Assembly: GCA_016207405.1 (NCBI GenBank)
Contig: JACQPQ010000021.1
Location: 4,936 to 68,935 of the forward strand
Length of the DNA: 64,000 nucleotides
Direction: 5' to 3'
Source: Gammaproteobacteria bacterium
GTDB lineage: Bacteria; Pseudomonadota; Gammaproteobacteria; JACQPQ01
Part shown: positions 18,499-27,719 of the stretch, one piece after another
Position numbering within the stretch: the stretch's first letter is position 1
Layout: each line of letters opens with the position of its first letter
Position numbers and translations under genes: made by a program
Notes under the pieces: generated by a model
What the model was told of the DNA's origin: nothing
Seen by the model: only the letters and a program-made list of their open reading frames with translations
The model's database searches: none

Positions 18499-19002
18499 TC
18501 AGCCAGGACTATTTACCACGTGGTCGATGACAAGTTGAAGATCTCGACTCCCCACCTTAGCCGTTACAGGCTGACTTTCCAAGTCCCCCTTCTGAAGATG
18601 CGCATCTCCAGATTTTGAAATACGCGCAATAATAGTGGCTTTCGGAAACTGAGAAAGGGTTAGATCAGGCGTCATAGCCATGCTGTCATTTAAAACAAAT
18701 GACTTGGGTAAGTCTCGAACTTCCGCGCGAATAACCGCCAAAGGCAATTGTGGCCCGTCCACGGCTTTTGCAAAAATAAATACGAGATCGGTAGGGGAAG
18801 TTTGATTGGCTAAATCAGGGGTAAGCGAAACGGTTCCAGAAACGCTGGTCACGTCTCCCCCTGCTTCACCGCCCATAACGACTTCTGGTGAGATTTTTGT
18901 TTTTGCAAAATAAGAAAAATAAACAACACCGATGGCTATGAGAGCCACGCTCATTAAGAGGATGAGCTTTATGTTTGAGATCCCATAATAGGTTTGTCGC
19001 AT
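18499..19002 (-). CDS. Membrane-anchored hypothetical protein (one N-terminal TM helix)
   Basis: The product is 167 aa with an N-terminal TM (IKLILLMSVALIAIGVVYFSYFA) and a periplasmic-looking tail containing VRDLPKSFVLNDSMAM. I have only a weak recollection of similarity to the C-terminal region of cytochrome-c biogenesis CcmI. Confidence 0.4.
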   Translation of the reverse strand: MRQTYYGISNIKLILLMSVALIAIGVVYFSYFAKTKISPEVVMGGEAGGDVTSVSGTVSLTPDLANQTSPTDLVFIFAKAVDGPQLPLAVIRAEVRDLPKSFVLNDSMAMTPDLTLSQFPKATIIARISKSGDAHLQKGDLESQPVTAKVGSRDLQLVIDHVVNSPG

Positions 19003-20402
19003 AAAATTTTCTCCTTCTTGTTGTGGTTTCCTCTATATATGTTTTCCAAAGCTTTCAACATTGAGCTTACTTTATGAAAAGTCTCTTGATACTCTGCATC
19101 AAGTGTGGAGTCTACTACGATTCCACCTCCCGCCCAACAGTGAATACTGTTTTGACTGCATACCAAGGTGCGAATGGCAATATTCATATTCATTTTCCCG
19201 CTCGTGCTGATATATCCCAGTGAACCGGTGTACAGAGAACGCCGATGAGGCTCTAAGTTTTCAATAATTTCCATGGCACGAATTTTGGGCGCTCCGGTTA
19301 CCGATCCCCCCGGAAAACAATTTCGGAAGAGCTCCAGAGCGCCCTTGTCACTTGCAAGCTCACCGGTGACATGGCTTACCATATGATGAACATTCTTCAA
19401 TCGTTCTAGAGCAAACAGTTCTGGGACTCGGATGCTTCCAAATTTGCAGCTTTTGCCTAAGTCATTCCTAAGAAGATCAACGATCATGAGGTTTTCAGCC
19501 CGATCTTTTTCGCTGGTATATAGTTCTTCGTATAAACTATGATCTTGTTTAGGTTCGCTTGAACGAGGCCGCGTGCCTTTAATCGGAGAAGTTTTAACGT
19601 AAGGGGGTGTGACCTCTAAAAAACGTTCGGGGGAAAGGCAGAGAACACTCCCCCACGGTATTCTGAAAAAGGCAGAAAAAGCACCTGGGTTAATAGATCT
19701 TAAAGTTTTGTAAGCGAGCCAGGACTCACCCCTGTAAATCGAAGAAAATCGTTGAGCTAAATTTACTTGGTAGCAATCTCCTTCTTTTAAATGGTGGGCA
19801 ATGGTGTAAAAGGCGTGTTTGTAAAAATCATAAGTCATATTGGAGTAAAAAGGGGCATCTAGGGAGAAATGCGAAGATGGCCTGTAAATAGGGGCACCTA
19901 GCAGGCTTTTGAATGGCAGTTTTGTTGTGCCTAAAGAATGAGAGGCGCTGACACAGTAAGTACGTTGTTCGACATGATCGACAATAATCGCCCAGTCGTA
20001 AAAACCTACCGCCATTTCAGGCAGTAGGATATCTGCGGTGCTAAGGGTCGGTAGCACCTCTAACTGCCAAGCGAGATCATAAGCGAAATAGCCTAGCGCG
20101 CCTCCTTGAAAGGGTAAGAATGGATGAATGGATTGAGGGGGCGGCTGTTTTTCCAATTCCTCCTTAAGAACTAACCATGGAGACTGCCGGACTTGCTTTT
20201 TTAAATCTTTGGTTTCAATGAATACTTTATTCTTCCAAGCCGTTATGGTTTTAAAAGGATTAGCGGAGAGAATATCATAACGCCCTGCCGGAGTATTTAA
20301 ATACGGTTGGCAACTATCCAAAAAAATAGGCCATCGGTAAGGAAGTAGCTCTTCTGCGAGAAGGGTACTGTCTTCGTGGTAAGAAAGTTCGGTAAGGTGC
20401 AT
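18969..20402 (-). CDS. pabB: Aminodeoxychorismate synthase component I
   Basis: It aligns end-to-end with E. coli PabB (PFQGGALGYF.YDL, GDCYQVNLAQRF, FSAF.R, PERFL, PIKGT.PR, DRAENLMIVDL.RND, HHMVS.V.G.L, FPGGS.TGAPK.RAMEII.ELE, AGGGIV.DS..E.EYQET). Confidence 0.8.
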   Translation of the reverse strand: MHLTELSYHEDSTLLAEELLPYRWPIFLDSCQPYLNTPAGRYDILSANPFKTITAWKNKVFIETKDLKKQVRQSPWLVLKEELEKQPPPQSIHPFLPFQGGALGYFAYDLAWQLEVLPTLSTADILLPEMAVGFYDWAIIVDHVEQRTYCVSASHSLGTTKLPFKSLLGAPIYRPSSHFSLDAPFYSNMTYDFYKHAFYTIAHHLKEGDCYQVNLAQRFSSIYRGESWLAYKTLRSINPGAFSAFFRIPWGSVLCLSPERFLEVTPPYVKTSPIKGTRPRSSEPKQDHSLYEELYTSEKDRAENLMIVDLLRNDLGKSCKFGSIRVPELFALERLKNVHHMVSHVTGELASDKGALELFRNCFPGGSVTGAPKIRAMEIIENLEPHRRSLYTGSLGYISTSGKMNMNIAIRTLVCSQNSIHCWAGGGIVVDSTLDAEYQETFHKVSSMLKALENIYRGNHNKKEKILCDKPIMGSQT

Positions 20403-20477
20403 GGCTGTTCTAAAGGGTCAAATTAAACATAGTAAGGGCTGGCACGTTTTTGTGTAATCCCTCATTGATGGGGGGTA

Positions 20478-20661
20478 GTTTGCTGTGTATTTACCGCTGC
20501 CTGCTGCTCGCTAAAAGTCCCCTGCGCTCCTAGAATTTTTCCGGCCGCACACATTCGGCATCCTGCCTCATGTGTGCTAAAAATGCGTCCTGCATTTTTT
20601 CCGGAAAAATTCTACGTCGCTCGGGGACGCTCGCAAAGGCAGCGGTAAATACACAGCAAAC
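20478..20661. mobile_element. MITE-like non-coding element, copy A (184 bp), with perfect 24-bp terminal inverted repeats and a conserved structured core
   Basis: The termini GTTTGCTGTGTATTTACCGCTGCC and GGCAGCGGTAAATACACAGCAAAC are perfect reverse complements. The core (about 20502..20637) is about 88% identical to 37981..38116. It contains internal palindromes (GCACACAT...ATGTGTGC and TTTTTCCGGAAAAA). There is no ORF. Confidence 0.7.
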
Positions 20662-20691
20662 CACCCTCCCCACCAATTCTAGGCTAGGGGA

Positions 20692-21966
20692 TCAGGAGGT
20701 GGCTAGCTGTGCCTGTAAGAAGCGATGAAGATCAGAAAGCAGAATAAGCTGTGGCTGTTTTGTTTTGCGATGTCGATATTCAACGCTATTTTGTGCAAGC
20801 GTTTTTTCACTCACGACGAGGCGATGGGGAATGCCTATGAGGTCGCTCGTTGCAAGTAGCACGCCTGGACTCTCCGCACGGTCATCCAGAGCGACAGTCC
20901 ATCCGCTTTGAATCAAATCCGCATAAAGCTTTTCGGAAATTCCCTGTACCTCTCGTGAACGATGAAACCCAATCGGCACGATGATAACCTGAAAGGGCGC
21001 AAGAGCGTCCCCCCATATAATGCCAGCGGGATCATGATTTTGCTCGACGGCGGCTGCCACAATACGAGAAATACCAATGCCATAACACCCCATCGTCAGA
21101 ACAGGTGCCTCGCCTTTTTCATTTAAAACGGTTGCCTTTAGAGATTCGCTATACTTTGTGCCGAGTTGAAAGATGTGTCCTACTTCAATGCCTTTAGCAA
21201 TAGAAAGAATGCCTTCCCCATCAGGACTTCTCTCGCCTTCTTTTAAGTGACGAACTTCAGGACAATTGATGTTGCTTGCAAAATCGCTTTCTGTGGAATA
21301 AATAAGTGTGTCTTCTCCAGAGTTTGCTAAAACGTGAAACTCGTGGGATAAATTACCTCCCATAGTTCCCGAATCCGCTTTGACCATCCTAAATTGAAGG
21401 CCCAATCGTGTAAAAATAGTCTGGTAGGCCCCTCGCATAGCTTGGTAGGTGTTGGAAAGACATTCTTTGGTTAGATGAAATGAATAAGCATCTTTCATCA
21501 AGAATTCACGGGCGCGCATTACGCCAAAACGCGGTCGGATTTCATCTCGGAATTTTGTTTGAATTTGATAGAGTATGATGGGAAGCTGTTTATGACTTCG
21601 GAGCTCCCTTCTTGCAAGATCAGTAATGACTTCTTCGTGGGTAGGTCCCAAACAAAATTCGTGTTTGTTTCTGTCCTGAAACCGGAGCAATTCGGGACCA
21701 AATTTATCCCAGCGACCTGACTCTTTCCATAATTCGGCAGGTTGTACCGTAGGCATTAAGATCTCTTGCGCACCGATACGGTTCATTTCTTCCCGCACAC
21801 ACGCCTCAACGTTCCGTAGAACCCGTAAACCCAGTGGTAACCAGGTATAAAGCCCTGAAGCGAGCTTACGGACGAGGCCCGCACGCAACATGAGCTGATG
21901 GCTGATAAGCTCCGCATCCGAAGGTGTTTCTTTCAAATGAGCCAATAAAAAGTGAGAGCATCGCAT
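20692..21966 (-). CDS. proS: Proline--tRNA ligase (short form lacking the INS editing domain)
   Basis: The N-terminus [50 protein letters not shown] matches E. coli ProS. The length is 424 aa. Confidence 0.9.
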   Translation of the reverse strand: MRCSHFLLAHLKETPSDAELISHQLMLRAGLVRKLASGLYTWLPLGLRVLRNVEACVREEMNRIGAQEILMPTVQPAELWKESGRWDKFGPELLRFQDRNKHEFCLGPTHEEVITDLARRELRSHKQLPIILYQIQTKFRDEIRPRFGVMRAREFLMKDAYSFHLTKECLSNTYQAMRGAYQTIFTRLGLQFRMVKADSGTMGGNLSHEFHVLANSGEDTLIYSTESDFASNINCPEVRHLKEGERSPDGEGILSIAKGIEVGHIFQLGTKYSESLKATVLNEKGEAPVLTMGCYGIGISRIVAAAVEQNHDPAGIIWGDALAPFQVIIVPIGFHRSREVQGISEKLYADLIQSGWTVALDDRAESPGVLLATSDLIGIPHRLVVSEKTLAQNSVEYRHRKTKQPQLILLSDLHRFLQAQLATS

Positions 21967-22246
21967 AGTGGTGTTACTTTAACACTGAAAATTCATCTCT
22001 TGATGGGTATACACTCCGTGAATGAGATTTAGGTTTTTCACAATACTTCAAAAATAGTTTGTTCTAAAAACGTTTGCCAAGGTAATATTTCGATAGCGTA
22101 TCTTCTAAAATGTCATAGTATCCTTACACGGCCTTAGATGAAACACCACATTCTCGAGCAATATGGTTGTCATTTGTAATTTCTGTAAAACCAGCGGCGG
22201 CTAATTCTAAAAGAATTTTGAGTCTTGTGCACGGCTTTGTTAGTCT

Positions 22247-23662
22247 ATGCCCATTATGATCAAAACTCGCTTCGCCCCAAGCCCAACTGGAAAAATGCAC
22301 CTTGGCAATATTCGAACGGCCTTGTTTAACGTGCTATTCGCCCAAAAAATGAAAGGGTGCTTTGTGCTTCGGATCGAAGACACCGATAAAGAGCGCTCTA
22401 ATCCTCTTTACACGGAACATATTCAAGAAGATTTAAAATGGTTAGGGTTAGAATGGCAAGAAGGCCCTGGTGTTGGGGGGCCTTTCGCGCCTTATTTTCA
22501 GTCGGAAAGACAGACACTTTACCATGCGCATTACCAAACGCTCATCGGAAAAAATCTTGCTTACCCCTGTTTTTGTACGGATAGTGAGCTTGCATGGAGT
22601 CGAAAAGCCCAGTTAGCCAAAGGCCATCCTCCCCGCTATACAGGACTATGCCGCCAGTTGCAGGCGCACCAAATTCAAAACAAATTCTCGAGTGGAGAAA
22701 AACCCACGTTGCGTTTTAAAGTCCCTGAAAATGAAACCATCCATTTTCAAGATTTAATCAAGGGGGCGCAAACCTTTCAAACGAATTCTATTGGGGATTT
22801 TATTATTCGCCGTAGCGATCAAACTGCCCCCTTTTTATTTTGCAATGCAGTAGATGATGCGCTGATGCAGATTACCCATGTTATTCGGGGCGAAGACCAT
22901 CTTGCCAATACGCCCCGGCAAATCTTGCTTCTTACGGCTTTAAATTTATCTGTTCCGCTTTATGCGCATATTCCGCTTGTACTGGGCCAAGGCAATAGTC
23001 CGCTTTCAAAGCGAAGTGAAAGCCAAACGGTGTCAGAGCTGCGTGAGGTAGGATTTTTTCCGCTCGCCATTTTGAATTATCTGGCCAGACTAGGGCATGC
23101 GTATGACACACAGGGGTTTCTTTCCCGGAGCGAGTTAGCCAATGGGTTTGATTTTGAGCGTTTTAGTGTCTCTGCCGCACACTTTGATGATCTACATCTT
23201 GAACATTGGCAGAAAAACGCACTCTTAAAAAACGCCTTTGAAGACATTTGGCAATGGCTTCCTCTGGATGTCCAAGTGCTTGTTCCCACCCCCCACAAGG
23301 AGACTTTTGTTTCTCTACTTCGATTTAATGTAAAAAATAGTGCGGAAGTCAAATGTTTGGCTAAGCAGCTTTTTTCTGATCCACTTGCCTGGCAAGAAGA
23401 CGCTCAAAAAATCATTCAGGAAACTCCAAAAGCTTTATTTGAGGCCGCGCTGGTGGCCTTTGAACGATATCCGCATGATTATGCAAAAGCCTCTTTTCTT
23501 ATTTCAGAAAAAACGCAGTTCAAGGGTAAGTCTCTTCATCAGCCGATTCGAGCCGCTCTTTTGGGTGCGCTCCATGGACCTGAATTAAAAGAAAGTATTC
23601 CTTTATTAAAGCAAGAGAGTATTTTGTCTCGACTCAAACAAGCGTTGGTGGTGGCTCTTTAA
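22247..23662 (+). CDS. gltX: Glutamate--tRNA ligase
   Basis: It has KTRFAPSPTGKMHLGNIRTALFN (HIGH-region variant HLGN), the Zn-binding YPCFCT, a KMSKS-like PLSKRSES, and a length of 471 aa. Confidence 0.85.
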   Translation: MPIMIKTRFAPSPTGKMHLGNIRTALFNVLFAQKMKGCFVLRIEDTDKERSNPLYTEHIQEDLKWLGLEWQEGPGVGGPFAPYFQSERQTLYHAHYQTLIGKNLAYPCFCTDSELAWSRKAQLAKGHPPRYTGLCRQLQAHQIQNKFSSGEKPTLRFKVPENETIHFQDLIKGAQTFQTNSIGDFIIRRSDQTAPFLFCNAVDDALMQITHVIRGEDHLANTPRQILLLTALNLSVPLYAHIPLVLGQGNSPLSKRSESQTVSELREVGFFPLAILNYLARLGHAYDTQGFLSRSELANGFDFERFSVSAAHFDDLHLEHWQKNALLKNAFEDIWQWLPLDVQVLVPTPHKETFVSLLRFNVKNSAEVKCLAKQLFSDPLAWQEDAQKIIQETPKALFEAALVAFERYPHDYAKASFLISEKTQFKGKSLHQPIRAALLGALHGPELKESIPLLKQESILSRLKQALVVAL

Positions 23663-23663
23663 T

Positions 23664-25052
23664 ATGTTGCACCTCTACAATTCCCTCACTCGAAAAAAAG
23701 AACCGTTTCATCCGCTTCGCGCGCAGCAAGTTAAACTCTACGTGTGCGGCATGACCGTTTACGATTTTTGCCATCTGGGACATGCGCGCGTTTTAGTGAT
23801 TTTTGATGTCTTGACACGCTATTTACGTTCAGCTGGATTAGAAGTCACTTACGTGCGGAACATTACCGATCTGGACGACAAAATCATCCAGCGTGCAAAA
23901 GACAATAGCGAATCGGTTAAAACCTTAACTGACCGCTTTATTGCGGCCCTTCGAGAAGACGAAAAGGCGCTGTATGTTCTTCCCCCCACCCGTTGCCCTA
24001 GGGCAACGGAATATATCCAAGAGATGCTTACCCTGATCCAAACTTTGGTAGAAAAAAAATATGCCTATGTTGTTGATAATGGCGATGTGTATTTTGATGT
24101 GCATCGCTTCACACCCTACGGAAAATTGTCTAAAAAAACAGTATCTGAGTTAATGGCAGGCGCGCGGGTAGAAATAGACCTTCACAAACATTCTCCTGTC
24201 GATTTTGCTTTATGGAAAGCGGCAAAGCCGGATGAACCGAGTTGGAAATCTCCTTGGGGGTATGGTCGACCGGGATGGCACATTGAGTGTTCCGCGATGG
24301 CTATGGCTTGTCTTGGAAACACCTTTGACCTTCATGGGGGCGGCATTGATTTGCAATTTCCCCATCATGAAAATGAAATCGCCCAGTCAGAAGCAGCGAC
24401 TGGGGAACCTTTCGTTAAGCGGTGGATGCATGTGGGGTTTGTGGAGGTGAATCAAGAAAAGATGTCCAAGTCCCTGGGGAATTTTTTTACCGTCCGTGAA
24501 CTTTTGGCCAAGTTTCCAGCAGAGGCTATTCGGTATCTTATTTTAAGCAGCCACTACCGGAGTCCCTTGAATTACAGTGAAGACCAACTGCATACTGCAG
24601 GCCAGAACGTCGAAAAATTTTATCTCGCACTGCGTGATCTTCCTTCCCTCACGGGTAAAGTGCCTACGTTTTTAAACTCTTCTTACGAAAGCGCTTTCCA
24701 TCAAGCTATGGAAGATGACTTGAATACGCCGGAAGCGTTATCCGTACTCCATGCACTGGTGCATGAGATCAATAAACACAAAGGAGAAGAAAAAGCAGTT
24801 CCGCTGGCTCTTTTATTGAAGTCTTTGGCTAATGTCCTAGGGTTACTCCAACAGGAACCGAATGAATTTCTTCGAGCGCATCATGCACACGAAACCTTAA
24901 AGGATTCTGAAATTGAAAAGCTGATTCAGGAACGCAATGAGGCTCGGCACAAAAAAGACTGGCGAAAAGCAGATAGTATTCGAACACACTTAGAGGCACA
25001 GGGCATTATTTTAGAAGATGGATCCGCCCATACGCTTTGGAGAAGAAGGTAA
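23664..25052 (+). CDS. cysS: Cysteine--tRNA ligase
   Basis: The N-terminus MLHLYNSLTRKKEPF...KLYVCGMTVYDFCHLGHAR, the KMSKS motif (EKMSKSLGN) and the anticodon-binding C-terminus all match. Confidence 0.95.
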   Translation: MLHLYNSLTRKKEPFHPLRAQQVKLYVCGMTVYDFCHLGHARVLVIFDVLTRYLRSAGLEVTYVRNITDLDDKIIQRAKDNSESVKTLTDRFIAALREDEKALYVLPPTRCPRATEYIQEMLTLIQTLVEKKYAYVVDNGDVYFDVHRFTPYGKLSKKTVSELMAGARVEIDLHKHSPVDFALWKAAKPDEPSWKSPWGYGRPGWHIECSAMAMACLGNTFDLHGGGIDLQFPHHENEIAQSEAATGEPFVKRWMHVGFVEVNQEKMSKSLGNFFTVRELLAKFPAEAIRYLILSSHYRSPLNYSEDQLHTAGQNVEKFYLALRDLPSLTGKVPTFLNSSYESAFHQAMEDDLNTPEALSVLHALVHEINKHKGEEKAVPLALLLKSLANVLGLLQQEPNEFLRAHHAHETLKDSEIEKLIQERNEARHKKDWRKADSIRTHLEAQGIILEDGSAHTLWRRR

Positions 25053-25061
25053 TCCTAATAG

Positions 25062-25385
25062 CTAGGCTCTAGAAACGTTTAGTCGAAATCCTAAAGCATT
25101 GACAATAGCTCCTAGGGTTTGCAATCGTGGGTTTCCATTGGCAGAAAGTGTTTTATAAAGTGCTTGCCGATTCATATGCACCTTCTCAGCAAGTGCCCCC
25201 ATACTCCCTTCCGCTTTTGCTATATGCCGTAATGCCAATAAAAAGGCTTCCATGTTATTGTCATCTTGAAAGGCTTCAAGGGAGGCTTCCAGGTAGTTTT
25301 CCGCTTCTCTTTTATTTTTCAAATCTTGAATAAGCGCATCTTCATAAAGTAGTGTCTTACACTTTAAGGCCATTTTTTTATTCAT
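25062..25385 (-). CDS. Addiction-module antidote protein (HigA-like XRE/HTH antitoxin, TIGR02684-like)
   Basis: The product (MNKKMALK...) has a C-terminal HTH (RQALYKTLSANGNPRLQTLGAIVNALGFRL). It lies immediately 3' of the killer-protein homolog with an 8-nt overlap. I chose the start at the MNKK ATG, which overlaps the toxin stop. Confidence 0.7.
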   Translation of the reverse strand: MNKKMALKCKTLLYEDALIQDLKNKREAENYLEASLEAFQDDNNMEAFLLALRHIAKAEGSMGALAEKVHMNRQALYKTLSANGNPRLQTLGAIVNALGFRLNVSRA

Positions 25386-25611
25386 GCCTGATTCCTTCTC
25401 CAAAATAAATTCGATACCCTGCTCCAAAAGCCAGCCTCAATTCATAGATCCCAGAGCTAATAGGCTTATAATCTCCATAATGGCCAACGGCCAATCTATC
25501 TAATCTTGCCCGAATTCTTGAACGGGTTTTGGGATCTTTTAAACCGCGCAACCATTCCAAAAACGGCTGCTTCCCAGAAATGGCGGTATAGATATGTAAT
25601 TCCCTTAACAT
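25378..25611 (-). CDS. Addiction-module killer protein homolog (HigB/RelE-like, TIGR02683-like), C-terminally truncated
   Basis: It reads MLRELHIYTAISGKQPFLEWLRGLKDP...GIYELRLAFGAGYRIYFGEG and then stops. Family members continue about 30 aa further (LLxGGDKxxQxxDI). Only 77 aa remain. Confidence 0.6.
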   Translation of the reverse strand: MLRELHIYTAISGKQPFLEWLRGLKDPKTRSRIRARLDRLAVGHYGDYKPISSGIYELRLAFGAGYRIYFGEGIRHE

Positions 25612-25672
25612 ATCTGATTGTCGTAAAAAAGCGACAATTTGTCAAGGATTTTAAAACTTCTATTTTCTGCCT

Positions 25673-26305
25673 TTATTGCAAAGACTCATCAATACTCCAA
25701 AAGGGTGATAAGTAGCGAGGAGAAGCGTACTGGATTTCTATACGAACTTTCCTATCGAGCCTCTTGGGGATCCCCAGTCGCAATACGCCTTTTTCTAACG
25801 TCCATTCATAGACGCGAACAAATTGTTCGGTTGAAACTTCTTGCTCTAAATTTTGGCTAAACATACGAGGCTCCCCCATTCCTCGTTCATAGAAAAAACT
25901 TGGACGACCATATCGGCGATGAAGGTTATTCAAAACTGTCGCAAAAATCTGTTCATTGTCCTTTAGATCTCCCATCTCTTCAAAGTCGAGAATAAGGGCC
26001 GATTTAACCAGTTGCGCTTGGTCAACCATTAAAACCAGGCGTTGCCGCTGTGCGAGTTCTTCGAACAAACGTACTTCATACATCACACGGTGGCTTGGCA
26101 AAGAAAACGCACCTGAAATGCCTTCTTTTTCCAATAGGCTCTGGACCGTTTCCATAGTCATGCCAGGCTCTAATCGCGTTAAAAGAATAGGGTTTGTAAC
26201 GGTTCGGAAAGCGGTTTTTAGGGAAGGATCGGTTTCAAAAGAAGCACAGCCGGCTAAGAATAAAACTACCATAAAGAGCGTAATACGAGAATGGTTTTGA
26301 TGCAT
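25673..26305 (-). CDS. Hypothetical lipoprotein
   Basis: I placed the start at MHQNHSRITLFMVVLFLAGCAS (lipobox LAGC). It is preceded by a strong SD (gcaggaggcgtttcaaacATG). No recognisable catalytic motifs. Confidence 0.5.
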   Translation of the reverse strand: MHQNHSRITLFMVVLFLAGCASFETDPSLKTAFRTVTNPILLTRLEPGMTMETVQSLLEKEGISGAFSLPSHRVMYEVRLFEELAQRQRLVLMVDQAQLVKSALILDFEEMGDLKDNEQIFATVLNNLHRRYGRPSFFYERGMGEPRMFSQNLEQEVSTEQFVRVYEWTLEKGVLRLGIPKRLDRKVRIEIQYASPRYLSPFWSIDESLQ

Positions 26306-26393
26306 GTTTGAAACGCCTCCTGCTTTCAAGCATAGCAGAACTTTCAAGTTTTGGGTTTCAAAATATGCCAAATGTGATGTTGTTACTTTGAGG

Positions 26394-26425
26394 GCTGAAA
26401 AAAATGGGCCTCCGGTGGGAGGCCC
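26394..26425 (-). terminator. Intrinsic terminator of the high-GC gene
   Basis: On the minus strand GGGCCTCC-cacc-GGAGGCCC is followed by ATTTTTTTC. Confidence 0.65.
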
Positions 26426-26444
26426 TGCGCGGTAAGAGACTATT

Positions 26445-27212
26445 TTAGGTGGATGTATAGTCCACCGTGATAGCCTCCTGCCAAATCGCTTGGAGGGTGG
26501 CCGGTAACTGCTGTCGGCTCAGCAGCCCGGCACCCTGAATTAGACCGGCGATGAGCGGCACATATTCCATCGGAGCTATGTGCTCGCTCATAAACTCACC
26601 GAACCAACCACGCGTGGTAATCGTGGTAAAGGAATTGGTCCGGTGCCCTGCTCCGTGCAGGGTTACCCCGTCTCCGCGGGGACCCACGATCCGCACCTCG
26701 TGGAGCGGGAGCTCCACTATCGGATCTGTCGGTCCGTCCAGGTTGTAAATCCTGGAGCGGAGCCCTACCAGCTGCTGGAGCAGCTGGAATTGGGTGGGGG
26801 TGACCTGCAGGACAAGGTAACTGCAGGCCTTGTCGTACCCCCACTGGGGCGGTACTTCTAAGTCCCCTTGCAGGGACTTTTTGTACCAAATGGGTTTGGT
26901 TATCCGCCGAAGGCGGTCAGCCTCACCCAGAACCTCAGTGAGGGCCCCCTGTAGGGGGTACACCCTCATCCCCCAGGGGCGGTTGTTTATCACGAATCCT
27001 GTCTCGTGATAAACAAGCCAGGCCTTTTCAGAGAAAAAGGCCGAACCGAGGTCCGGCTTTTTCTCCAAGGTTTGGCCAAGAGCCTCCTCGGAGGAGGCCG
27101 GGGCGAACACGACAAACGTGCCCGATGAGGGAAACCTTCCCTCAACCATTCGGGCAATGGTTGGGGTGAGAGCTTTTATGGCCCAGAGGGCCATATTTTC
27201 CAAGAAACTCAT
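26445..27212 (-). CDS. Hypothetical protein encoded by a GC-rich, probably horizontally acquired gene
   Basis: The ORF is about 58-60% GC in a window that is otherwise about 45% GC. It is the only long frame, and short alternative-frame ORFs are typical high-GC artefacts. I placed the start at MSFLEN after gggggagaaaaaaATG. No confident family assignment. Confidence 0.45.
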   Translation of the reverse strand: MSFLENMALWAIKALTPTIARMVEGRFPSSGTFVVFAPASSEEALGQTLEKKPDLGSAFFSEKAWLVYHETGFVINNRPWGMRVYPLQGALTEVLGEADRLRRITKPIWYKKSLQGDLEVPPQWGYDKACSYLVLQVTPTQFQLLQQLVGLRSRIYNLDGPTDPIVELPLHEVRIVGPRGDGVTLHGAGHRTNSFTTITTRGWFGEFMSEHIAPMEYVPLIAGLIQGAGLLSRQQLPATLQAIWQEAITVDYTST

Positions 27213-27719
27213 TTTTTTCTCCCCCTTCCCGTTTAAGGCTTTTGCCACCGTTTGTTAAACGGCCTTTCTGAGGGAGCCCAAAAAAAAGAGGAAAAAACCT
27301 CACGCCTGAGGTTGGAATTTAAAAACAACTGGAGTTAATAACGCCCAGGCGTGAGGAACATCACAAGAAATCTATTTTTGAAAAGGCTTTTTTACGAAGA
27401 AAAACCTTTTTCAAAATAGATTTAAACGCAATGCTCTCCGCCTGGAGAATGCCTTGATATTATAAAAACTGGATGCCAGCTTTTGCTTGCAGGACATGTT
27501 GGGAAGAACCCCACATCCTTTTGGTATGTCTTTTCAGGTTCTAATGGATTTTTATGGGAATAAGTCGTCTTCCACTGACGCTGAGCAGCACTTTAAAACA
27601 AAAAATCAAGTTTTGTCCATGTAAAAAGTGTAAAGAAATGTAAGCATTTGTAACTGCAGTAAGCCTGAGGCCAGCGCAAAATGTGGAAATAGAAACTTTT
27701 TTGCGTGGGGCTACTCTAC

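Noticed and set aside
20662-20683. ccaccctccccaccaattctagg as a sixth REP copy
   Set aside because: The arms are not in palindromic arrangement. It may be a degenerate remnant abutting the MITE.
26551-26889. Several 65-97-aa ORFs on both strands
   Set aside because: They lie inside the high-GC gene and are typical spurious frames in GC-rich DNA.
26445-27212. RES-domain toxin (GRF..G..VVFAPAS resembles the GGRWNPPG..YLA motif)
   Set aside because: The resemblance is limited to one short stretch and there is no upstream Xre/DUF2384 partner. Left as hypothetical.
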